Positions 1 through 9,233 of a stretch of 64,000 bases of DNA are shown piece by piece (the stretch's first letter is position 1; the number at the start of each line of letters is the position of its first letter). The notes beneath the pieces were generated by a model. The model was not told the origin of the DNA. It did no database searches and was given only the letters and a program-made list of their open reading frames with translations. A program made the position numbers and the translations under genes. The DNA is from a bacterium. Its GTDB lineage: Bacteria > JAHJDO01. Location of the stretch: positions 256,001 through 320,000 of the forward strand of contig JBDRTG010000047.1 of assembly GCA_043824255.1 (NCBI GenBank), read 5' to 3'.

Positions 1-1418
1 GAGGGAACGACCCCACTTTTACATCCTGCCTTCACAAGAACCTCTGGTGCATCCACAAATGGGAAGAATGCGTCAGCAGCGAAACTAGCATTTTTGATAT
101 CCCGGCTGTAGGTTTTAGACCATTCGACTGCATGTTGGGCCGCCATTACCGTTGATGGACCACCACCTACTCCTATCAACCTAAAATCTTTGGCTAAGGC
201 AATTTCATTCCCACCATAAAAAGAAGTATATGCTACTACCCAAGCAATCAGGATAGATTCTAAACCAAAAAGGTCATATGTTTTTGATATAAGACTATCA
301 AAACTTAGGATATAAGAGCTGGCTGGCTGGCGAAGAAAGCCGCCGCGCACAAATCTATATGACCATTTATCCAACAATAGATCTGATGAGCTAAGTGCAG
401 GATTTATCAATAATTTAGTCCGTTTTCTCTTACCTAAAATTGAAATGGCTTCAGGAGAAAATGAAGGTGCTATTATGACATCCAGCATCCATTTTGAGTG
501 ACCATAGCCTTGTTGCCGTTTTTCGCTTTTAAGTAAAAGTTGTGACAATTCTTTATCAATAGTAAAATTACATATAAATTCGCCACCCCAAACAGCCTGA
601 GGATTACCCCATAAAGCCTTTGTGATAACTTCGTCTTTGTGGTTCCAATCTACAGCTAATCCACAGGGATTGCCATGTTTCGCAGCAACAGCAATGTATG
701 GCGTTTTTTTAAAGTTCAATGTAAACGCCGCTTTCAATTTAACGAGAGTGGTCACGACATTATCCATATCTGCAGTGTTAGTAAAACACAGGGGCTCGCC
801 TGAAATCTGGGTAAAACGAAAAAGAGCAAATTTATCATGGCTATCAATTGCAAATAATTCGCAGGGAACCTGATATGGATTTTCTCCTTCACGACAGGTT
901 GTAGTATAGCTTCCCAAGATGCATTCATGCCGATTTGAATAGCCCTGGGAAAGTGCAAGATAATGGCTGGCGATCTCAAAGGCGGCTTTAGCGCTCAGCT
1001 CACTACGAACCTCATCGGGAAGCCTTTTTTTTGATTCCAATAAATCTATTATTCTTTTAAAATCTTTTTCATTCATTATTACAATTCGATCACCCTTTAT
1101 CCCTAATCCTAATAAAGTCCTACCACCTACATCATTCCCCAAGTTAAGAGGATAAGGCACGTCGTATACCAGGTCAATTCTCTCTATAGTATTAGTTGTT
1201 AGCGCCTGCTCAATTTTAGGATGCAGGGTAGGTGGAATTCCATATTCATAACCGACGTTAGTGAATTCACTCACATCCTCAATTGGGATGCCTTCTTGTT
1301 TCATCACCATAACTGTTTCTCTCGTTCCGAGCAACTTCCATCCTAAATTATACAGCTTACGACAGTGGGAAATAATTTTTTCGGGACTATTTGTGGATAA
1401 TAAAGCAACTTTGCGCAT
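1..1418 (-). CDS. Divergent PurH-like protein (IMP cyclohydrolase/AICAR transformylase fold), 3'-truncated by window edge; absent from the ORF track
   Basis: Hand translation from ATG at 1418 (RBS GAGGGAGG): MRKVALLSTN...PTLHPKI...NDVGG...REGENPYQ...AAKHGNPCG...SFAADAFFPFVD; these match PurH motifs KTLHP, IDIGG, RYGENPHQ, KHxNPCG, SDAFFPF. Confidence 0.85.
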   Translation of the reverse strand, partial: MRKVALLSTNSPEKIISHCRKLYNLGWKLLGTRETVMVMKQEGIPIEDVSEFTNVGYEYGIPPTLHPKIEQALTTNTIERIDLVYDVPYPLNLGNDVGGRTLLGLGIKGDRIVIMNEKDFKRIIDLLESKKRLPDEVRSELSAKAAFEIASHYLALSQGYSNRHECILGSYTTTCREGENPYQVPCELFAIDSHDKFALFRFTQISGEPLCFTNTADMDNVVTTLVKLKAAFTLNFKKTPYIAVAAKHGNPCGLAVDWNHKDEVITKALWGNPQAVWGGEFICNFTIDKELSQLLLKSEKRQQGYGHSKWMLDVIIAPSFSPEAISILGKRKRTKLLINPALSSSDLLLDKWSYRFVRGGFLRQPASSYILSFDSLISKTYDLFGLESILIAWVVAYTSFYGGNEIALAKDFRLIGVGGGPSTVMAAQHAVEWSKTYSRDIKNASFAADAFFPFVDAPEVLVKAGCKSGVVP

Positions 1419-1476
1419 AACCTCCCTCATTCCGTCTATACTTCAGCAATCTCTGACATCTTCTGTCAAAAAGGTA

Positions 1477-2877
1477 CTATTGGACTATCGCTTCCATAAA
1501 TACCCTTCCCTTACAACTATCAGGATACTTTATTCCTAAGAGATAACTTATGGTTGGTGCAATATCCATAATGGAAGCCTCAAAGTCCAGAGGATTATAC
1601 TTCTTTATTCCTTCCCCTGTAATAATAAAAGGAACGAATTTCTCTGCCTGAAAGATGAGATAGGAATGGTCTATTCTCACAATTCCATGGTCGGAACAGA
1701 TGATGACTACGGTATCCTTGAGTAAATTATTATTATTCAGCCAGCCAAAAAAAGCTTCAATCCGTCTATCTGCTTTCTTAAGAGCTTCCAGATACTGATG
1801 GGATTCGCTTCCATAAGCATGCCCAAGAAAGTCCACCTCACTCAGGTCCGCAATGAAGAGCCGAGTCTCATTTTCACTTAATAAATCCGCTTTTAACCAG
1901 TCAAACATAACCTCATCTGTGCGGTAAATACTGTGGACAGGAAGTGAGACGACTTTAGTCTGCCAGTGGGTCTTAGAAAAATGCCTGACATGCATGGAGC
2001 CATAGAGAATAGTCTTTACCAGATCTGGAAGCCCTTCTACTCTGATGCGTCGGCCAAGGTTGTTATCCATTACCCCATGAATATCAGGAGTAGTTCCTGT
2101 CAAGATGCTTGCAAAGGCAGGATTGGTTAGTGCCCGATAAACGGTCTGTAACCCTTTAGAAAAATAACTTGATTCTTTCTCTAAAGAAGTTAGAAATGGC
2201 AGCTTTGCTTCATAGAATCTGTCCAGTCGGCAACCATCGATGTTTAGAAGAATGACTCTTTCTGTTCGCCCTTTCTCTATCACTGGCTTGAAATCTTGAG
2301 AGACAAAACTTTTGGGTCTTAACTTACGGGTAATGAAGGCAGCACCCAGTAGGCTCACCCAGAGGCCCAATCCCCAGGGATTAACGAATGGATTCGGCCT
2401 AAAATACAGAACAAAAGACAACAGTGTGGAAAAGTAAACCGACATCAGAAAACTCACTGTAGTAGGAGCTATAGTAAAGAGAGATTTGTAGATCTTTCTT
2501 ACTGGAATAGTAACATCACGGGCAATGATAGCATCCGGAATTCCCATAAAGAGAATCTGAATTAGAGCGAAGATTGCTATATTAATCCCTAGAATCTTGA
2601 GAGCTATTAAAGAATGAAAACTGGCTAATTTGCAAAAGAAGAAGAGATATAAGGGAGTAAAGAAAAGATATACAGGATAGAAATCTGAGATTTTGAAGCA
2701 GAGATAGGCTGCTCCTAAAAGCACTATAAAAAACATAAAATTAATTTTACCCTGAGATAAAAATAAGAAGCTCAAGATTCCAGCTACGAGGTAATAGGTA
2801 TCAATAGTATTCATAAAGTAGAGGAGACGGGTAGCAAAGCTTTCTATTCTTTCGTTGTAGAGTTTTCTAATAATCAT
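1477..2877 (-). CDS. Membrane-anchored alkaline phosphatase superfamily (nucleotide pyrophosphatase/phosphodiesterase-like) protein
   Basis: Hydrophobic N-terminal ~180 aa, then LLNIDGCR, LTNPAFASILTG (Thr nucleophile), DFLGHAYG, SDHG, DIAPT. Confidence 0.8.
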   Translation of the reverse strand: MIIRKLYNERIESFATRLLYFMNTIDTYYLVAGILSFLFLSQGKINFMFFIVLLGAAYLCFKISDFYPVYLFFTPLYLFFFCKLASFHSLIALKILGINIAIFALIQILFMGIPDAIIARDVTIPVRKIYKSLFTIAPTTVSFLMSVYFSTLLSFVLYFRPNPFVNPWGLGLWVSLLGAAFITRKLRPKSFVSQDFKPVIEKGRTERVILLNIDGCRLDRFYEAKLPFLTSLEKESSYFSKGLQTVYRALTNPAFASILTGTTPDIHGVMDNNLGRRIRVEGLPDLVKTILYGSMHVRHFSKTHWQTKVVSLPVHSIYRTDEVMFDWLKADLLSENETRLFIADLSEVDFLGHAYGSESHQYLEALKKADRRIEAFFGWLNNNNLLKDTVVIICSDHGIVRIDHSYLIFQAEKFVPFIITGEGIKKYNPLDFEASIMDIAPTISYLLGIKYPDSCKGRVFMEAIVQ

Positions 2878-3695
2878 CTGTCTTCTTCTGGAGGAGTATT
2901 TTTTGACTCAATTATTTTTCTAAAGAATAGCGGATTAAGATTTGCAATCTTGATAGCAAGTAATTCTATAAACGAGGCAATAAATAATCTCTCTTTAGGA
3001 TGAATCATTAATGACAAGACTTTTTCTGCTACCTCATAAGGACTTAATATGCCCTTTTTTTTCTGAAAACCTTTATAATTTTTCGAGAATTCAGTATCAA
3101 TTGCTCCAGAAAAAATCGAAGAAATCCTAACATCCGTCTTTTCCAACTCATAAGCAAGACTTGTTGAATACGCTAACAAAGCAGCTTTGCTAGCACAATA
3201 AGAAGCTAAATAAGGACTGGCGTAGAGGCCTGAAATTGAATTGATGTTGATTATGTGTCCTCTTTTTTTACTAATCATATCTGGCAGAAACGAGCGAATG
3301 AGTATTACTGGTGCCGTATAGTTGACTGCAATCATATCAATCTCGGTATCAAGAGATATTCCATTCCAAAAGCTTCGAAATCCAAAACCGGCATTATTGA
3401 TTAGAAAATCGGGGGTGCCAAATTTTCCCTTGAACTCCTTTACCGCATTCTCCATTTCTTCCATTTTTCTTAAATCTACAGGCAGTACCAATACTTCGCT
3501 TCCTTTTGTCTCTGCATCTTCTGCTACTTGCTTGAGAAGATTCTCTGAGCGTGCCATCAAGCCCAATTTCATATTGTAAAGGCTCAAGCTCTCGGCTATA
3601 GCCTTACCTACCCCCTTAGAAGCCCCAGTTATAAGCACAGACTTACGTCTAAATTTATCCATCATGTCTGCTTTCATTATCTTTCTTTTCTCCAT
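2874..3695 (-). CDS. SDR family NAD(P)-dependent oxidoreductase
   Basis: TGASKGVG, NNAG, YCASK. Confidence 0.9.
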   Translation of the reverse strand: MEKRKIMKADMMDKFRRKSVLITGASKGVGKAIAESLSLYNMKLGLMARSENLLKQVAEDAETKGSEVLVLPVDLRKMEEMENAVKEFKGKFGTPDFLINNAGFGFRSFWNGISLDTEIDMIAVNYTAPVILIRSFLPDMISKKRGHIININSISGLYASPYLASYCASKAALLAYSTSLAYELEKTDVRISSIFSGAIDTEFSKNYKGFQKKKGILSPYEVAEKVLSLMIHPKERLFIASFIELLAIKIANLNPLFFRKIIESKNTPPEEDR

Positions 3696-3728
3696 GATAA
3701 AATTAATATTATACCTCGTAAAGCAAGC

Positions 3729-4247
3729 TTATTTCTCTTTGAGAAGCTCAAAAATAGTATCAGTTGATTTTGGGCATTGAACCTGCATAACGACATCCTC
3801 ATCTTCTATTAAACCTAATGAAAATAAATGAGGAAAAAGAAAATTATAAGCTCTAAAGCATAAATTTTTTAAGGGAGCTAAATCAAACTCGACCTTCATT
3901 CCCTCTTTGCAACCCCAAACACATTCCCCTTTCACTTTTCTTATTGAGCCGTATACCTCAATATTATTTCCGGTTCTTCGCCTTCTAATCTCTATCTCAA
4001 CCGCTCCTTTTATATACGGACACTGGACTATAACGGAATCAGGGTCTTTCACCCATGGGAAACTTCCCCCCGCATGGAAGGTTTCATAATAAGGAAAACA
4101 TAAATGCAAGAGGAATGGACAAATACCATGTGACAAAATTGGAGCTAATGATATCTCGTTCACACCCTTAAAAGCATTACAATCATAGCTAGTAGAAATA
4201 ATCTTTAGCTTAATATCAGTCAATCTTTTAAGATCTTGACAGAACAT
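3729..4247 (-). CDS. Tandem TIGR04076-like Cys-rich protein
   Basis: Two repeats of C...C...QCP; GICPFLLHLCFPY...GGSFPW...VQCP and KVKGECVWGCKEG...LCFRAYNFLFP...VQCP. Confidence 0.65.
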   Translation of the reverse strand: MFCQDLKRLTDIKLKIISTSYDCNAFKGVNEISLAPILSHGICPFLLHLCFPYYETFHAGGSFPWVKDPDSVIVQCPYIKGAVEIEIRRRRTGNNIEVYGSIRKVKGECVWGCKEGMKVEFDLAPLKNLCFRAYNFLFPHLFSLGLIEDEDVVMQVQCPKSTDTIFELLKEK

Positions 4248-4249
4248 AT

Positions 4250-5287
4250 CTATCTCTTTAAGTAGTAACGAGCCGATTCAAGTATATTAGATATTGACAA
4301 AGAGAGAACTAAATTAATTTCTATCTCTCCAATATATCCGCAACTGTAACAAGGTTTATTAATAAGATTATTCCAAGCTTCACGAATACCCACTTTTAAA
4401 AAATTTTTGCCGGGAAAATCCGACCATAAAATTGCGCATGGATACACCATTCCATCAGCATCTATATAGCATGTTAGATCATTCCGTATACAGGGCAATA
4501 TTTTTTCAGATTGGTTCTTACAAGACGAATCAACCCATGAGTAATAATTATACGGCCATTTCATCATAAAATCTAAGCTTGTCATAGTATATCCAATAGG
4601 AAATCCTTTTTGTTTGTAGAGTTTGACGGTTTTCATTAAATCCCTTGCTTCTTGAGAATTAAGCGTTAGGTCTTCGCTCTCAGTATGAATACTTGGCAGT
4701 GTAAAAGTCAAAACCACACCATAATCCTTTGCAAAATTACAAAGATAGTCAAAAGAATCAAGGTTTCTTTTAGTTATTACAGCCTTTATTCTCGTTTTAA
4801 TTCCCAGAGAAGTAGTACGGGCAATTGCTGCAACTGCTTTTTTATATGAACCTTCCCCTCTATTTCTGTCGTTTGTAGTTTCGTCGCCGTCTATACTGAT
4901 ACAAACAGAATCCATTTTTTTTACAATATCAATCTTTCTATCTACAAAATAACCATTGGTAACTAGTTCACAAATCATTCCGTATTTTTTAACACGATCA
5001 ACAATCCTGTCTATCCCTTTATATAAAAGAGGTTCTCCTCCTAAAAGGGTGACAATTCCCGTCCCCATTTTATGCAGCTCATCAATTACTTTTAACCAAG
5101 TTTCTGTATCAATATCCTCAATTTTACGGGAAAAGACTTGCGGGTAGCAATAAAAACACTTAAGATTGCAACGGTTTGTCAGCAGTAAATGTACTATCAA
5201 AGGAAAACGATTCTTTAATAATTTATATTTTAAAAGCTTGCTTCCTATCCTAATACTCTGAGATACTTTTCTCATTTTCCCTGCCAT
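4250..5287 (-). CDS. Radical SAM protein with C-terminal SPASM/twitch-like Cys domain
   Basis: CNLKCFYC, GGEPLL, TNG, SIDG, C-terminal C...C...YPC...CYSC. Confidence 0.9.
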   Translation of the reverse strand: MAGKMRKVSQSIRIGSKLLKYKLLKNRFPLIVHLLLTNRCNLKCFYCYPQVFSRKIEDIDTETWLKVIDELHKMGTGIVTLLGGEPLLYKGIDRIVDRVKKYGMICELVTNGYFVDRKIDIVKKMDSVCISIDGDETTNDRNRGEGSYKKAVAAIARTTSLGIKTRIKAVITKRNLDSFDYLCNFAKDYGVVLTFTLPSIHTESEDLTLNSQEARDLMKTVKLYKQKGFPIGYTMTSLDFMMKWPYNYYSWVDSSCKNQSEKILPCIRNDLTCYIDADGMVYPCAILWSDFPGKNFLKVGIREAWNNLINKPCYSCGYIGEIEINLVLSLSISNILESARYYLKR

Positions 5288-5300
5288 TGCAATACTCTTT

Positions 5301-5942
5301 TTATTTTGATGGGATAGAATACTTAATACTAACCAAATGGCTTGGACATTGTAAACAGACAGAATTATTCTGTCCAGTCACTTCTTTCTTAAACTGCTCT
5401 TGAAGACTTAAGGAACAAATCATAGGATATAACGACTCAAAAGATGCTGGACAAATTTCCGACTTATTACCGAGATTAAATTCAAATATGTCACCTTCTT
5501 TGTGCCCCATAGGACAAACATCTTTAACGCCAGTTACTTTAATAAAAATACGTTTTATTTGATAATCACAAGGGATGCCCATGCACCTTAAATAGTATTT
5601 TAATCCATTTAGTAGACGCTGCAAAATATTTGAATGCTTTTTCCCAATAATTTCAAACTCTATGGAACCATTCGTATTTGGACAAAAAATTGGCGTTTCT
5701 ATATTATTTTTCTTCCCTGTATACAGAAGCTTCAGGCATGAGGCATACACCGAATGAAATGCATGTATGCAGAGTCCTTCAGGCGTAAGTTGACTGAAAT
5801 TAAAAATTTCCGTATCTTTCATATGGTATCTGCATCCTTGTTTTGACCTTGTTGCCATTATCTTAGCACCCTGAGCTAAAGCAGTTCTACATAACAATGT
5901 TCTTTTACGCTTCGAAATATAATCAATATTATTAATAGGCAT
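5301..5942 (-). CDS. Tandem TIGR04076-like Cys-rich protein
   Basis: PEGLCIHAFHSVY...FCP and KVTGVKDVCPMGHKEGDIFEF...ICPASFESLYP...LQCP. Confidence 0.7.
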   Translation of the reverse strand: MPINNIDYISKRKRTLLCRTALAQGAKIMATRSKQGCRYHMKDTEIFNFSQLTPEGLCIHAFHSVYASCLKLLYTGKKNNIETPIFCPNTNGSIEFEIIGKKHSNILQRLLNGLKYYLRCMGIPCDYQIKRIFIKVTGVKDVCPMGHKEGDIFEFNLGNKSEICPASFESLYPMICSLSLQEQFKKEVTGQNNSVCLQCPSHLVSIKYSIPSK

Positions 5943-5947
5943 TCTTT

Positions 5948-6046
5948 TTATAAATCCTTTTGTGCTTTAAAGAAAGCAAGAACAGCTTTACTTATTTTTG
6001 TTACATCATCTATAGATTTAATAGCGCACAACTGTCTTTTAATCAT
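5948..6046 (-). pseudogene. 32-aa orphan ORF resembling the C-terminal helix of DegT/DnrJ sugar aminotransferases
   Basis: MIKRQLCAIKSIDDVTKISKAVLAFFKAQKDL*; fills the intergenic gap. Confidence 0.3.
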
Positions 6047-6048
6047 GT

Positions 6049-7566
6049 TTAATCTGAAATTGTCTCTACCTTTCCAGTAAGATGTTTGAACAACTGTTTA
6101 ACATACCATCCCATAATCCATTTTGCATAATAGTCTTTTCGCACAAAAGAAACAAACACATCGATAACGATGATAGCAAATATTTGAAATGGGATATATC
6201 TGAATATGCGATATATTCCAGAGTTTATCAGAAAATTCATAATTCTCTGAGAAACAATAGGCAGCATGCGAAACATGATATGATATGTCTTGAGTATTCT
6301 CATTCTCTGCGACTCCATTGGTGAGCCTGTTGATAAATAGTTATTCTGAAGCCCCTGAATAATTTTTATCTCATTTCTCTTGTTTATATATCCTTTTGAC
6401 ATTGCCATCATTGTAATATCAACACTTGGTAAGTACTGAAGCCAGAATACGGACGAACGTATGAGTCTGCGATATTTTGCAAGAGTTTTAAGAGCTAAAA
6501 TCAAGTCGTCCTCCGACTCTCCCGGAAGACCCAACATCAGATCTGCGGAAAAATTAACACCTGCTTTTTCAATATTATCAAGTGCTCTGATAATCTGCTT
6601 GTTAGTCTCGTTGCGAAGCAGTACTTTCCTTCTTACTTCAGGATTTAATGATTCAACTCCTATCTGAATATGATGACAGCCTGCCTTTTTTAATTTGATT
6701 GCCAGGTCTTTTTGAAACAACAAAGGATGTCCCATTATTCTGAAAGGCAACTGAATCTCTTCAGGATAACGCGCAAGAAACTCATCAAACCATTTACTAT
6801 TACCTGAAAGTATATTATTTTTTATATCAACATAACGAATACTATAACGTTTTTTCATTGTCTTTAATTCGTCTAATACCATATCAACAGGCTTTTCTCT
6901 GAGAAAATGTCCTAATCCTTCTTCTTTTTCCCATTTCCAGAGAAAATTCTGCGTACAATAGCTGCAGTGGGCAATACACCCCTTAGAGGTAACGGTAAGG
7001 TAATAGTCCTTCATTGGGATAAACTTTTCATATATGGTTTTGTCTACAGCCGGAAAAGCTTTGGGATTCATTAATAATCTAGGCTTGTTACGAATTACCT
7101 TGCCGTTTTTCTTCATCCACAAATTGGAAATTCTTTCTGGCGATTCCTTCTTTTCAAGCGCTTTGAGCAATTCCATAAAAGGGTTTTCCCCCTCCCCTAC
7201 AATCATATAATCCACCTCGTCTCTACTGATAACTTCTTCCGAGCAGGAAGTAGGATGCATTCCACCCCATACAGTAATACACATGTGGTATTTACGTACT
7301 TCACGTACCACTTCAAGACTCCATTGGTAATTATCGGCAAATACAGACATAGCAAGAATATCAGGTTTCTCCTCGATTATTTCTTTTATCATCCTCTTTT
7401 TTTCAGTGAACATACGGCTGAGAAAAGGAACGGAAAAATATTGCTTATCATCAAATAGTGAACGATCAAAAGCTACCTTAACTATATGTCCAGCTTCTTT
7501 AAGAACTGTCGACAGATAGCAGACTGATATATTCTCAGCGCCCACAACTGGAAAAATTATTTTCAT
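6049..7566 (-). CDS. B12-binding domain radical SAM protein
   Basis: WGGMHPT, GEGE, TSKGCIAHCSYC, IGVES. Confidence 0.9.
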   Translation of the reverse strand: MKIIFPVVGAENISVCYLSTVLKEAGHIVKVAFDRSLFDDKQYFSVPFLSRMFTEKKRMIKEIIEEKPDILAMSVFADNYQWSLEVVREVRKYHMCITVWGGMHPTSCSEEVISRDEVDYMIVGEGENPFMELLKALEKKESPERISNLWMKKNGKVIRNKPRLLMNPKAFPAVDKTIYEKFIPMKDYYLTVTSKGCIAHCSYCTQNFLWKWEKEEGLGHFLREKPVDMVLDELKTMKKRYSIRYVDIKNNILSGNSKWFDEFLARYPEEIQLPFRIMGHPLLFQKDLAIKLKKAGCHHIQIGVESLNPEVRRKVLLRNETNKQIIRALDNIEKAGVNFSADLMLGLPGESEDDLILALKTLAKYRRLIRSSVFWLQYLPSVDITMMAMSKGYINKRNEIKIIQGLQNNYLSTGSPMESQRMRILKTYHIMFRMLPIVSQRIMNFLINSGIYRIFRYIPFQIFAIIVIDVFVSFVRKDYYAKWIMGWYVKQLFKHLTGKVETISD

Positions 7567-8987
7567 ATCCTTTTTATTGTAATTCTATTTGCAAAGAAGA
7601 AATAAATCATTTTAAAAAACCATATCCACTCTGTTGTTGAACGAAAAGACAATAACACTTCAATTATTTTAGATAACCTAAAATAAAAAGTCCTATAGAC
7701 CTTTTTAAAACAGTAACTAACATCTTCTTTTGTTAAATCATCTATCTCAAAATATACTTCTCCTGTCTGGAAAGTACTTGACAGACCATCCTGTGTTTCT
7801 ATCAATAGTTTTCCTCTTTGTTTAACCTCTTTATATAACTCAGTACCAGGGAAAGGCACAACAATCATAAAATTAGCAAAAGTAGGATTAAGCTTTTTAG
7901 CAAAATCAATGGTGTTCATCATAGTTTGCCTATTTTCACCAGGAAGGCCTAAAAGAAAATATCCATATATTATAATGCCATGTTTTTTAGCCAATTTAGT
8001 GATACGTACCACGTCCTCAAGGGATAAATTTTTTTTAATTCTTCTAAGAAAGTCTTTACTTGCGTTTTCAATTCCAATGGCAATTCGATAGACACCAGTT
8101 TTTTTCATTTTAATAATTAACTCTTCATCAACTTTGTCTGCACGCAGGGCTTGAATATTTATGCTAATATTACGTTTCTTCTTTAATAACAGATCAAATA
8201 TTTCATGCGTTCTTTTCATATTGGCTGAAAAATTATCATCCATGATATCAAATTGCCTTACCCCGAAGGTTTTTATAGCCCAATCTATTTCTTCTATTAC
8301 ATTTTCGGGACTGCGCATTGTCATTTTCGAACCAAAAACGGCTCTACTACAAAAAGTGCACTTATGCAGACACCCTCTGCTAGTAATCAGTGGGATAGAC
8401 GGAATTTTTCTTGCTCGCATATTATAGACTTTCAGATCTGGAAGAAGATCCCATGCAGGAAAGGGCAAAGAATCCAAATCTAAAATCCTTTCAAAATCTT
8501 GAAACCTGATTAAGTTACCGTTATTATAGTAACAAACATTTTTTAAATTATTAAAAATACCCCTTCCTAGCTCAAGGTTTTGTAAAATTTTATAGGACGC
8601 TATTTCTCCTTCTCCAACAATTACACCAATAGTACCGGTTGTTCTACTTAATAGATTTTCTGGAGATGATGAAGCAAAGGGTCCACCAAGAATTATTGGT
8701 ATATTCAATTTTTTACGGATTAATTTGATTAAATGAATTGTAGATTTAGCTGTGAATAAATTTACAGATATCCCAATTAATATAGGATCTCTCTGAATAA
8801 TATAGTCTAACACCCGCTCATTTTTCATCTTTGATATATCTGCATCTAACAAACTCACGTTATAACCTTTGCTCCTGACGTATGAGGCTATATAGGCTAT
8901 ACCACTTGGGGGAGTCGTTCCTGGAACCGTACGAAAGTAAGTATATGGTGAGATTAATATCAAATCTGTTTTTTTCTTCATAGTCAT
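7563..8987 (-). CDS. B12-binding domain radical SAM protein
   Basis: PPSGIAYIAS, GEGE, TSRGCLHKCTFC, DDNF, PFPGTELY. Confidence 0.92.
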   Translation of the reverse strand: MTMKKKTDLILISPYTYFRTVPGTTPPSGIAYIASYVRSKGYNVSLLDADISKMKNERVLDYIIQRDPILIGISVNLFTAKSTIHLIKLIRKKLNIPIILGGPFASSSPENLLSRTTGTIGVIVGEGEIASYKILQNLELGRGIFNNLKNVCYYNNGNLIRFQDFERILDLDSLPFPAWDLLPDLKVYNMRARKIPSIPLITSRGCLHKCTFCSRAVFGSKMTMRSPENVIEEIDWAIKTFGVRQFDIMDDNFSANMKRTHEIFDLLLKKKRNISINIQALRADKVDEELIIKMKKTGVYRIAIGIENASKDFLRRIKKNLSLEDVVRITKLAKKHGIIIYGYFLLGLPGENRQTMMNTIDFAKKLNPTFANFMIVVPFPGTELYKEVKQRGKLLIETQDGLSSTFQTGEVYFEIDDLTKEDVSYCFKKVYRTFYFRLSKIIEVLLSFRSTTEWIWFFKMIYFFFANRITIKRI

Positions 8988-9014
8988 ATCCTTTCCACAT
9001 TTATAGTCATTTTC

Positions 9015-9182
9015 TTAACACAAACCTAAATAGATTGCCTTCACGAAAAAACATCTGAGATTACAACGTTTCGTTATTAGAAAACTAACTCTGACTGGAA
9101 TACGTCTCCTGCTTAATCTGCTTTTTACAAGACTCAGCATTGCTTTTCTACCATTATAAAGGGTCTTTATTTGAGTTAACAT
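9015..9182 (-). pseudogene. Truncated radical SAM gene remnant (55 aa)
   Basis: RBS GAGG then MLTQIK...RRIPVRVSFLITKRCNLRCFFVKAIYLGLC*; resembles RFPLIVHLLLTNRCNLKCFYC of 4250..5287 but breaks before the third Cys. Confidence 0.7.
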
Positions 9183-9233
9183 TGCTTCCTCTTTAACCTA
9201 ATTTGTAAAAAAAGTTGTAAAGTTTCTTAAGAA

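Noticed and set aside
1454..1468. TGACA-N5-TGTCA palindrome overlapping TTGACA upstream of the PurH-like gene
   Set aside because: Only 5-bp arms and no properly spaced -10; could be chance.
622..1539. Short track ORFs 622..873, 752..979, 1261..1539
   Set aside because: Shadows of the unlisted PurH-like gene.
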